The notes under the pieces are model-generated. The model saw only the letters and a list, made by a program, of their open reading frames with translations. It was not told the DNA's origin and made no database searches. From positions 192,001 through 256,000 of the forward strand of contig JAVJQW010000008.1 in assembly GCA_040218735.1 (NCBI GenBank): a stretch of DNA of 64,000 nucleotides. Direction: 5' to 3'. Below, piece by piece: positions 30,223 to 39,966 of the stretch. The stretch's first letter is position 1; each line of letters begins with the position of its first letter. A program made the translations under genes and the position numbers. This DNA is from Deltaproteobacteria bacterium (lineage in GTDB: Bacteria; Myxococcota; Kuafuiibacteriia; Kuafuiibacteriales; Kuafuiibacteriaceae).

Positions 30223-31962
30223 GTGCGCGTCGCTCCGCTCGGACTGCTTCTCGTCGCGGCGTGCACGGCGAGCCCCTCGCGCAGCGCGACGGCGCCCGCG
30301 CCTCCCGGCGACGTCGCCTACCTCTTGGCGGTCATCGGAGACGCCGTCGAAGCCTCCGCGCTCGTCCCGCGCGAGGACCAGGACGACGTTGGCGCCGCGC
30401 TGCCGGACGCGTGGACCGACGGCGAGGACGTCTGGATCCTCGGCTTCACGCAGGCGGAGCTCGACGCGATCCCCTGGACGCCGTCGGACGCGCCCGCGCG
30501 CGCCGCGGGCCCGAGTGACTTCGTGCTCCCCTCTCCGGCGTGGCGCGTGCGCGGTTCGATCGAGGACGGTGCCGCCGAGCTCACCCCCGACGACGGCGCG
30601 CCCCCGGAGCTCACCGTCCCCGGTCTGCCCGCGTGCCCCGCGGTGTACGGCGACGACGCGTACGCAGACGTCCGCTGCCGCCCCGGCGCGTGCCGCGCAC
30701 GCATCGAACAACGCGGCTGTGTCATCGAGCTCGATCCGATCTGGTGTGAGCTCGAGGTCCGCGCCACCCTCGACGGGCGCGGCGCGCCGACGTTCGGCGA
30801 AGACTCCGCCTGCGAGGTGCTCGTCGATCGCGAGGGGCCGCGCTCCGTCGTGGAGTGCCCGGACATCTCGAACACACGCTGCCAGGTCCACCTCTACGAT
30901 GACCTCGAGCCCATCTCGGGCGAGGTCATCGTCACCGAGATCGACGACGTCGAACCGACCTACTTCGACGACGAAGCGTTCGAGGACTTCGGCTTCCTCA
31001 CCGGGATGACGGTGCTCGACGATCGTGTGGTGGTCGTCGGCTACGACGGCGGGACGCCGCAGCTGCCGTGTGTGGACCTGCCGACCGAGCTGACGTTCCT
31101 GCGGCGCGACGACCTGTCGTTCATTCGAACGTCGACTACCGTGGGGTGCCTCCGCGAGGTCGTCGCTGCGCCCGACCGCGCGTCCTTCTACGGGATCTAC
31201 GGCTCCGGCACGGACGTGCACTTCGCGCAGTTCGAACGCGACGGAACGATCCGACGCGACGTCCTGCGTATCTCCCCCGAGCCGATGCGCCAGCCCGAGT
31301 ATCGACGCATCGTCCTGCACGACGACGATCGTTACGCGAGCTTCATCGAGCTCTTCGCGGGTTCGCGTAACGAGTACGTCGTCACGGTCGACTTGCCGTC
31401 GTTCACGATCACCGACGCGCTCGTCTCGGACAACGAAGCCGCGCGCCCGTACGACCTCGCGGGGCTCGACGGAGGCAACGTGTTGCTCGCCGACCGCGAG
31501 CTCAACCGCATCGTCTTGTTCGATGCGGTCAACGGCGGTGAAGAGGGTGAGTTTCTCCTCTGCGATCGCGCGGTGCACCCGGAGTCGATCTTCACCGACG
31601 GACGGACCGCCTTCACGATCGCGCACGAGGACGACTCCTCGCTCGTCGTCCTCGACCTCGCTTCGAGCGGCGCGGAGTGCGGCGTGGCGAAGCCGTTCGT
31701 CGACCACTTCGACACCCGCGAGGTGGTCGGCTTCCTCGACGAGGACACCCTGGTGGTCCTCGCGCGCACCATCGATCCGCTCGACGAAGCGGTCCTCGGG
31801 CGGGCGGCGGTTGTGTTCTATCAGCGTGGACGCGACGCGTTTCGGCCCGCGTTCCTGGACCTTGGCCGCGGTCGGCCGCGCCACGGTCAGCTCGTCGATG
31901 GCGTCCTTTACGCGACGTTGCCGTACACCGCCGAGGTGGTGCGTGTGTTGCTCGCGGAGTGA
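30223..31962 (+). CDS. Cys-rich lipoprotein with probable C-terminal beta-propeller (paralog 2)
   Basis: GTG 30223 gives VRVAPLGLLLVAAC. Shares ACTASPSxSATAPAPP, WILGFT, YADVRCR and DRVVV with paralog 1. Confidence 0.7.
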   Translation: MRVAPLGLLLVAACTASPSRSATAPAPPGDVAYLLAVIGDAVEASALVPREDQDDVGAALPDAWTDGEDVWILGFTQAELDAIPWTPSDAPARAAGPSDFVLPSPAWRVRGSIEDGAAELTPDDGAPPELTVPGLPACPAVYGDDAYADVRCRPGACRARIEQRGCVIELDPIWCELEVRATLDGRGAPTFGEDSACEVLVDREGPRSVVECPDISNTRCQVHLYDDLEPISGEVIVTEIDDVEPTYFDDEAFEDFGFLTGMTVLDDRVVVVGYDGGTPQLPCVDLPTELTFLRRDDLSFIRTSTTVGCLREVVAAPDRASFYGIYGSGTDVHFAQFERDGTIRRDVLRISPEPMRQPEYRRIVLHDDDRYASFIELFAGSRNEYVVTVDLPSFTITDALVSDNEAARPYDLAGLDGGNVLLADRELNRIVLFDAVNGGEEGEFLLCDRAVHPESIFTDGRTAFTIAHEDDSSLVVLDLASSGAECGVAKPFVDHFDTREVVGFLDEDTLVVLARTIDPLDEAVLGRAAVVFYQRGRDAFRPAFLDLGRGRPRHGQLVDGVLYATLPYTAEVVRVLLAE

Positions 31963-31983
31963 GGCCGTGATGACCTCCCCGCC

Positions 31984-32631
31984 ATGCACGACCGACGCCC
32001 CGCCCACACGGGCGCGATGAGTCCGCTGACGGACTACGAGGAGCGGCTCGTCGTGCTCTTCACGGGCATCGTGCTCGGCCGCTGGGAGGACGTCCGCGCC
32101 GTGCGCAAAGAAGCGCCCGCCGGCGAACCGGACCGCGGCTGGCGCGAGGCCGTGCTGCAGGCCCACCTGTTCGCCGGCTTTCCGCGCGTCGTGGAGGCGT
32201 TCGAAGTCCTCGACCGCGTCGGTGGCTTGGGCACGCCGGATCCGTCGGAGCTCGACCTCGCGGTGGACAACGCCGCCGGTGAAAAGCTCTTCAGTCGCAT
32301 CTACGAAGACCACGCCGACGCCGTCCGGGATCGACTCGCCGAGCACCACGCCGACTTCGGCCGCTGGATCCACGAACACGCCTACGCACGCGTGCTCAGC
32401 CGCCCCGGCCTCGACCCGCACACCCGCGAGCTCCTCGCCGTCGCCGCCCTCACCGCGACCGCGCAGACCCGCCAGCTCGCGAGCCACACCAAAGGCGCCC
32501 TACGGTGCGGCGCGACCCCCGCGCAAATCCACGCGGTGCTCGACGCGATCGAGACGCGCATCAGCTACGACGCGCTGCGAGCGGCGCGCCAGGTGATACT
32601 GAAGTACGCGCCGCTGGATGAAGAGTCCTAA
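31984..32631 (+). CDS. Carboxymuconolactone decarboxylase (CMD/AhpD-like) family protein
   Basis: AHLFAGFP, YARVLSRPGLDPHTRELLAVAAL and HTKGALRCGAT motifs. Confidence 0.85.
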   Translation: MHDRRPAHTGAMSPLTDYEERLVVLFTGIVLGRWEDVRAVRKEAPAGEPDRGWREAVLQAHLFAGFPRVVEAFEVLDRVGGLGTPDPSELDLAVDNAAGEKLFSRIYEDHADAVRDRLAEHHADFGRWIHEHAYARVLSRPGLDPHTRELLAVAALTATAQTRQLASHTKGALRCGATPAQIHAVLDAIETRISYDALRAARQVILKYAPLDEES

Positions 32632-32659
32632 CCCCAACGCCATTCACTCGTTGGGTTGG
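32630..32659. terminator. Hairpin between the convergent CMD gene and the HNH locus
   Basis: CCCAACG-CCATTCACT-CGTTGGG inverted repeat. Confidence 0.4.
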
Positions 32660-32873
32660 GCCCAGCGAGCACTTCATCAGGCGCGTCCGGCTCCCGCACG
32701 GCCGGAGGAGCGCCGTCGTCGCGGAGCAGCGCCTCGACGTAGGGCAGCGCACCGCCGCCGCGGAGCGACTCGTCCCCTCGTCCGCCGTTGCGCCGGGCTG
32801 GTGAACCAGGGGGGCCGTGGACCGCAGTGCTCCGAAGGAGGGCCGCGCTCTCGAACACCGGCTGGTATCGCTC

Positions 32874-33864
32874 TCACGAGCTGCCCTCCGCGCGTGCCGG
32901 TGGCGTCGGATGCGGTTCACGCCACGGGAGCTCGGGACACGCACCTTGCCTGGGCTGGGTAGAGCGGCGCTCGTGAATCTTTCGAGCGATGAAGGCGCGA
33001 CCCAACACTTCGTTCGCCGCGTGAAGGTTGTGTGCGCGACACAGTAATCGCAGCTCGCCGACCACGCTCTTGGCCCCCAGCGCACGGCCGCCCACGTGAC
33101 CGAATTCGAGGTTCGACCGTTCGCTGCACCGCCGTCCGTCCGGGCTCACGTACGTGCACTGCGCGCCGTCGCGCTCGACCACCGCGCGCCGCGTTGCCGC
33201 CGGGACGTACGCTCCGCCCGCCGGCGCATCCTCGGCGGGTTTCGATCGCGGACGACTCGTCTTTCCGTTCTTCCGCTTCGCGAGCCTCTCGACGTACAGC
33301 GCGAGCGCCGCTTCGAAGATCTCCCCGATGTCGGTCCCGGGCGGGGTGAGCTGCTTGGCTCGATCCAAGAGCGCCTTGGCTTCGGCGCTCCCGTCGAAGT
33401 GAAAAGCGAACGTCTCGGCGGTCGCCGCCTCGACGCGATCGTCACTGCTCTTCGCGCCTGGGAACTCGGTGGCGATGAGCATTTCGACCTCGGCCTTGGA
33501 CTTGTTCCGCGCCTGCTCGATCAGGCCGTGGGCGTTGTCGTCGTTCATGAACTTCGAGAGCTTCGCGACGCCGGTCATGTGCAGCTCACCGGTTGCGATC
33601 ATCTGGAAGACCTCGGGCACCCGCCGCGCCGCGCGCACCACCGCGACGCGCCGGCACGCCTGGTCCTCGGTCAGCCCGAGCCTCGACGCAGAACCGAAAC
33701 AGCGAGCTGAAGCCACGCTCGACGTAGAGCTTGCGCCGCTCGATCTCTGCCATGAACCGGAGCGCCTGCACACCGCCATTCAGCTCCGCTCGAAGCGCTT
33801 CGCGAAGTCCGCTCAGGAGATCGTTCTGGGTCATGCAAGACAGGTTGCAAGCGTTCGGGCTCAT
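32874..33864 (-). pseudogene. Frameshifted DUF222-like/HNH endonuclease (myxobacterial multicopy type)
   Basis: N-terminus MAEIERRKLYVERGFSSLFRFCVE (ORF 33586-33864) continues in another frame as LGLTEDQACRR (shift near 33681). C-terminal VPAATRRAVVERDGAQCTYV...C...LEFGH...LRLLCRAHN. Confidence 0.8.
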
Positions 33865-33889
33865 GCGTCGAAGGTATCATCGAGCCCTC

Positions 33890-34094
33890 GAAAGACGATT
33901 CGGCGCGGCTCGAGGAGGACGGTCTGAGACGTGCGAGGACGCACGCCATGGACCGTCAGCGTCCGGCGATGAGTCCAAGATCGAAAACTTCGAAACGGAC
34001 GGCGTTCGTCGAGGAGATAGCCCGGACAGGGCCTTGGGTTCCGTCAACCCCCAAGAGTGAGAAAGAAGATCTCACGCAACTCAGCTTGCGCGAC
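33890..34094 (-). ncRNA. Candidate structured RNA or element end upstream of the HNH gene
   Basis: Six closely spaced hairpins. Block 33990-34094 is conserved in the second copy at 34397-34496, where several stems are retained and loops vary. Confidence 0.4.
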
Positions 34095-34279
34095 CGGCTC
34101 TGCGGAGTGCCGCCGACCATCGAGCGGAGTCTACCGCCGTCCTCCTGCCTACATGGAGCGCGGGCCGGCGGGGCACTCCCGTGTCGGGCGATGGTTCCCA
34201 AGTGCGTCGGGCGCGCCATTCCCCGCCTACGGCCTTTCCAGGCGGGCCAGCTCCGCTAAGTCAACGGCATTGGGACCAA

Positions 34280-34496
34280 GCTGGGTAGAGCGGCGCTCGC
34301 GAATCCTCCGATCGATGAACGCGCGCCGCAAGACAGGTTGCAATCATCCGACTTCATGCGTCGAAGGTATCATCGAGCCTGCCAGGCAGGATTCGGTCGA
34401 AACGCACGACGTTCGTCGACCACAGGGGCCGGACAGGGCCTCCAGATCCGTCACCCCAAGATGAGAAAACCACCTCGGCAACTCGACTTGCGCGAC
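34280..34496 (-). mobile_element. Internally deleted, diverged copy of the HNH unit (MITE-like remnant)
   Basis: 34280-34325 matches 32954-32999 (41/46). 34328-34396 matches 33835-33903 (start codon and -10 box kept). 34397-34496 matches 33990-34094. The homology is seen directly; mobility is inferred. Confidence 0.65.
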
Positions 34497-34676
34497 TGAC
34501 AATCCCGCCTTACCCAGCCGGCGAATCTCATACGTTCATCGCAGCTCCCCACCGCCGTCGGCGCAATTTCCAGTCGCACTATCCACGCGCCGGAGCGTGC
34601 CCTGCGCACGACCGGCGGTGGCCGCCGTCAGCCGCGTTCCTTGTGAGCGCGAGCCGCCAACTGAACAGCGGTGGAC

Positions 34677-35329
34677 TCAGCCCTCCGCGACTTCGCGCAG
34701 GGCGCGCGTCCTCTGCTTCAACCGCGCGAGCTCGATCTTCAGGTCCTCGTCTGCGAACGGATCTTCGAGCGCCTCCGTCGCCGCGTAGTCGTCGAGGGAC
34801 GCGCCGGCCGTCATGCGCTCCACGCTCTGGCGCGCATTCTCCAGGAGCAGGGCGTCCTTCTTCGCGCGCTCCGAGAAGCGCGTGTTCGTGAGGCGCTGCT
34901 CCAGCTCCACCGTCGCGAGCATGCCGAGGTGCTCGGTGCGTTCGCGGGTGAGCTCGCGGATCTCGTTGCTGAAGTCGTCCAGCGCGCGGCGCGCGGTCTT
35001 CGCGTTGTGGCGCGCGATCTCCACGCCCGACTCGGCGCGCTCGAGGCGCTGCACGAGGCGGCGCTTCGAGGCGAGGAGCTCCAGGCACTTTTCGTCGTCG
35101 CCGCGCTTCGCGGCGGTGCGCGCTGCGTAGTCGACACGCGCGACTTCGGCGCGGCGCTCGACCAGATCGTTCTCGAGTTTGTTCTTCGTGTAGAGGAGCT
35201 GCAGCGCCGTCTTGCGGAGCCCTTCGTAGCGCTTTTCGTGGCGCTCGATGACGCGGTCGAAGGCGCGGACGGGCGAGCGCTTCGGCCCCACCACGTCGAC
35301 GATGTCCTTCAGCATGTTCAATACCGTCA

Positions 35330-35330
<1 letters not shown>
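34677..35330 (-). CDS. PspA/IM30-like coiled-coil protein
   Basis: Long coiled coil, ARTAAKRGDDEKCLELL resembles PspA AxxALxxGxEDLA, C-terminal ELARLK. Last gene of a sigma54 operon. Confidence 0.7.
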
Positions 35331-36711
<1,381 letters not shown>

Positions 36712-36715
<4 letters not shown>

Positions 36716-37773
36716 GCCGTTCCTTCTTTCACCGCGGGGAAGGTGAGCTCGAACGTCGTCCCCTCACCCTCCTGCGAGTTCACTTCGATCGAACCGGCGT
36801 GGGCCTCCACCACCTTGCGCGTAATCGCGAGGCCGAGCCCGGTGCCCGAGTCCTTGGACGTGTGGAACGGGTCGAAGATGCGATCGATCCGATCCGACGG
36901 GATGCCCATGCCGTTGTCCTTCACGCGCACCCAAAGCTCGGTGCCCGCGAGGTTGTGCCCCGACGCGATCTCGACCCGCCCCGCGGGGTGCTGCTCGAGC
37001 GCGTCGATCGCATTGCCGACGAGGTTGATGATCACGCGGCGGAGCTGCTCGGCGTCGCCCTTGATCACGGTGCCCGGATCGAGCGTCTTGTCGATCTGCA
37101 CGCCGGTCCTCTCGATGCGATCGCGGAAGGTCTCCACCGCCGACTCGATCACGTCGACCATGTCGACGCGCTCGATCGAGCTGTTCTCTTCGCGCGCGTA
37201 GCGCAGCAGGTGTGAGATCGACTTTTCGACGCGGTCGAGCTCCTCGATCGCGACGCGCGCGTACTCGATGTTCTCTTCACACGTCGGGTCCTCGCCCATC
37301 TGCTGCACGAGGCTCTTCGCAGCGGTGATCGGGTTTCGGATCTCGTGCGCGATCGACGCCGAGAGCTGCTCGAGCGACTTGCTGTGTTTGCCCTGGAGCG
37401 AGCGGCGCTGCGCGGTGACCGTGTGGTCCATGTGCCAGCGGTACTCCTGCTCGGTCCAACGACGCCGCAGCTCCGGCGCGACGAGCGCGTAGTAGCCCTG
37501 CGCGGCGAGGCCGATGCCCCAGGCGCACGCGACGACCATCGCGGGGAAGAAGCCCGCGGTGATCATCAGGAAGAAGACGACCATCGCCCAGACGATGACG
37601 TGTCCGAAGAAGCGGACGCGCCGGTTCGCGAGATCCTTCGCCTCCCGGAGCGCGATCATCTCGGCGGTCGGCTCCTCTTTGGGGCGCCTCGTTCGTTGAA
37701 GTGCGCGCGGTGCTGCCATGGGGCCGACTCGGGGCATCCCGTTCGGGGACGCGAGCTTCGTGGATACAGTCAT
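36712..37773 (-). CDS. Sensor histidine kinase with a short N-terminal 2TM domain
   Basis: H-box AHEIRNP, N-box NLVGNA, DNGMG, GTGLGL. ATGA overlap with the upstream gene. Confidence 0.92.
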
Positions 37774-38705
37774 CTTCCGACCATCGCAATCTGGCGGGGC
37801 TCGACGAGGCCGAGGCGCCGCCACAGGGGGAGAGTGGTGGGGTTCAGGATACCGACGCGCGCCGAGAGCTCGACGATCGGCGTGACGCTCCGGCGGAGGT
37901 TCGCGCGGTGCTCGGGGTTGTCGCGGTAGGCCGCGCGAACCACCGACGCGGGGACCCCGTAGGCGTCGACGACGACGGACGGCGCCTCGAGCATCTGCCG
38001 CGCCATGATCGCGAGGACGAACGGGACGCGCCCCATGAGGTGGAGGCGGTTCATCACGCCGAGCCGCGGCACGTGCTCCTCGATGTAGCGTTTTGCGAAG
38101 CAGATGTGGCGCGCCTCTTCGAGGACGTGGATGCGCATGATGCGGCGGAGCAGCGGGTGGAGGTTTCGGCGCTCGAGGGCGTCGCGCTGCGATTGGTCGA
38201 TCGGCGCCTCGCCGCCGAGGACGAAGAAGAAGAACATCTCCGGGAAGCGGCGCCCCATCAGCGGGACCTGGTTCGCGAGGACACGCTGGATCCATGGGAG
38301 CCCCGGCGCGTGCAGGCCCGTGCGGTTTACGAACTCCTGGAACATCAGCGAGTGCTGACTCTCCTCGATGACCTCGTGGTAGGCGTAGCGGAACGCGGGG
38401 TCCCCGTCGGGCCGGCGCGCGGCGAACTCGAGTAGGCCGCGCGAGAGCACGTTCTCGAAGAACACGCCGACCTTCATCTGGTGCACGGTGTTGTGCAGTC
38501 CGATCCGCGCCTGCGTGGCGGGCGGCAGCTGGCGGTACCAATCGGTGGCGCCCAGCGGGTCGCTCTCGTCCAACGCGAAGCGCGGATCCTCGGGGTGGAT
38601 CGTGTGGGCGTCCCAGTCGACGTCGGCGTAGGCGTCGAAGTGTTTCTTCACCGACTGCGCCGACAGGCGCTCGACCACCTCGGGGTAGGGGCGTGCGGCT
38701 ACCAT
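37770..38705 (-). CDS. AurF-like non-heme diiron N-oxygenase family protein
   Basis: RLSAQSV...DVDW, FENVL, EVIEESQHSLMF, GEAPID and HVLEEARH diiron ligands. Confidence 0.88.
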   Translation of the reverse strand: MVAARPYPEVVERLSAQSVKKHFDAYADVDWDAHTIHPEDPRFALDESDPLGATDWYRQLPPATQARIGLHNTVHQMKVGVFFENVLSRGLLEFAARRPDGDPAFRYAYHEVIEESQHSLMFQEFVNRTGLHAPGLPWIQRVLANQVPLMGRRFPEMFFFFVLGGEAPIDQSQRDALERRNLHPLLRRIMRIHVLEEARHICFAKRYIEEHVPRLGVMNRLHLMGRVPFVLAIMARQMLEAPSVVVDAYGVPASVVRAAYRDNPEHRANLRRSVTPIVELSARVGILNPTTLPLWRRLGLVEPRQIAMVGR

Positions 38706-38890
38706 GCGCGGGCTCGCAGGCGGTTCATCTCTTCGGCCTGGACGAAGACCCAGATGCCGTGGACGAGGCCGGGCACGTAGCCGAGCAGCGTGAGCACGCA
38801 GCTGATCAGGAAGTGCATGTGGAACCCGACGCGGAGGAAGACCCCCAAGGGCGGGAAGACGACACACAGGAAGATGCGAAGTAGGTCCAT
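38699..38890 (-). CDS. YqaE/Pmp3 family small membrane protein
   Basis: MDLLRIFLCVVFPPLGVFLRVG...LTLLGYVPGLVHGIW. Confidence 0.92.
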   Translation of the reverse strand: MDLLRIFLCVVFPPLGVFLRVGFHMHFLISCVLTLLGYVPGLVHGIWVFVQAEEMNRLRARAW

Positions 38891-38903
38891 GCGCCGAAGT
38901 AAG

Positions 38904-38919
38904 TACAACTCCCGTGCCA
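38904..38919 (-). promoter_or_regulatory. Sigma54 promoter of the yqaE-aurF-HK-EBP-pspA operon
   Basis: Minus strand TGGCACGGGAGTTGTA (perfect -24, variant -12), 13 nt before ATG 38890. TGCA-containing inverted repeat at about 38995-39012 is a possible enhancer. Confidence 0.65.
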
Positions 38920-39045
38920 GGCGTCCGATGATCGTGATTTCAAGGGGTTAGGCGCGAATCGGGCGCCTGGATGCAGGTCGCGCGCTTCGATCGCTGCAGT
39001 CGCCGGATTGCATCGCTGCCGCGGCGCGGCGTACGCGAGGAGGCG

Positions 39046-39939
39046 TTGTCACGGCACCTGGGCATCGTTTGGGTGACGTTCCTCGTCGCCTGCAGCGGCA
39101 GCGTGCCGTCCGGTCCGTCCAGGGACGCCGGTCCGCGGCGCGACGGCGGGTTCGCGACGTCCTCCACGAAGGCGTTCTCGCTGATGACGTGGAACCTCGA
39201 GAACTTCCCGAAGACGCCGCAGACCTCGACGGTGGTGTCGGCGCTGCTCGACGAGCTCGCGCCGGACCTCGTGGGCGTGCAGGAGATCGACGACGAGGCG
39301 ACGTTCCGCTTCTTCCTGACCCAGCACCCCGACTACGACGGGTCGTGGGTGCGCGGCGAGCAGCGCATCGCGGTCGGGTACATGTATCGGGTGGACCGGC
39401 TGCGGGTGTCGAACGTCGAGTCGTTGTTCCGCACCGACCGCTCCGCGTTCCCGCGTTCGCCGATCCAGGCGTTCGTCGAGGTGCTGGGGCCGGACGGCGA
39501 GGTGCGCTTCGACTTCAACTTCATCACGGTGCACCTGAAGGCGCAGGTCGACTTCGACAGCCAGGAGCGACGGCGCGACGCGATCGAAAAGCTCGACGAC
39601 TACCTGACGACGCAGCTCGCGACGGGCGGCGAGCAGGATTGGATCGTGGTGGGGGACTACAACGATCGCCTGACGGACTCGGGCGCGCGCAACGTCTTCA
39701 CGCGGATGCTCGACCAGCCCGACAAGTACACGTTCCTCACGCGCGGGCTCGAAGAGGGCGGCGCGTATTCGTACATCCCCATCCCCGGCTTCATCGACCA
39801 CATCCTGGTGACCAACGACGCGCTCGGTGAGTACGGCGCCGGGAAGACCGAGGTGCTGGAGCTGGAGCGGACGCAGGAGGGGTACGTCGCGCTGGTCTCC
39901 GACCACCGGCCGGTGCGGGCGATCTTCGAGTTGCCGTAG
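39046..39939 (+). CDS. Endonuclease/exonuclease/phosphatase (DNase I-like) lipoprotein
   Basis: TTG after GAGGAGG. Lipobox LVAC. TWNLENF, VQEI, VHLKA, GDYN, IDHI and SDH motifs. Confidence 0.9.
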   Translation: MSRHLGIVWVTFLVACSGSVPSGPSRDAGPRRDGGFATSSTKAFSLMTWNLENFPKTPQTSTVVSALLDELAPDLVGVQEIDDEATFRFFLTQHPDYDGSWVRGEQRIAVGYMYRVDRLRVSNVESLFRTDRSAFPRSPIQAFVEVLGPDGEVRFDFNFITVHLKAQVDFDSQERRRDAIEKLDDYLTTQLATGGEQDWIVVGDYNDRLTDSGARNVFTRMLDQPDKYTFLTRGLEEGGAYSYIPIPGFIDHILVTNDALGEYGAGKTEVLELERTQEGYVALVSDHRPVRAIFELP

Positions 39940-39966
39940 TCACGTGCATCCGCGATGTTGGCGGGC

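Noticed and set aside
32628-32858. 76-aa minus-strand ORF downstream of the HNH gene
   Set aside because: No recognisable motif or RBS. It may be the decayed tail of the HNH unit.
33670-33695. Programmed ribosomal frameshift in the HNH gene
   Set aside because: No slippery heptamer or homopolymer at the shift, and the degenerate HNH site favours decay or sequencing error
33890-34496. HNH locus as IscB/TnpB (OMEGA) or CRISPR
   Set aside because: No RuvC or PLMP motifs, and only two long degenerate copies. Kept only as a candidate novel element.
37770-38705. AurF gene as part of a nitro-compound biosynthetic cluster
   Set aside because: No PKS, NRPS or aminobenzoate synthesis genes nearby. 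The context is regulatory and stress-related.
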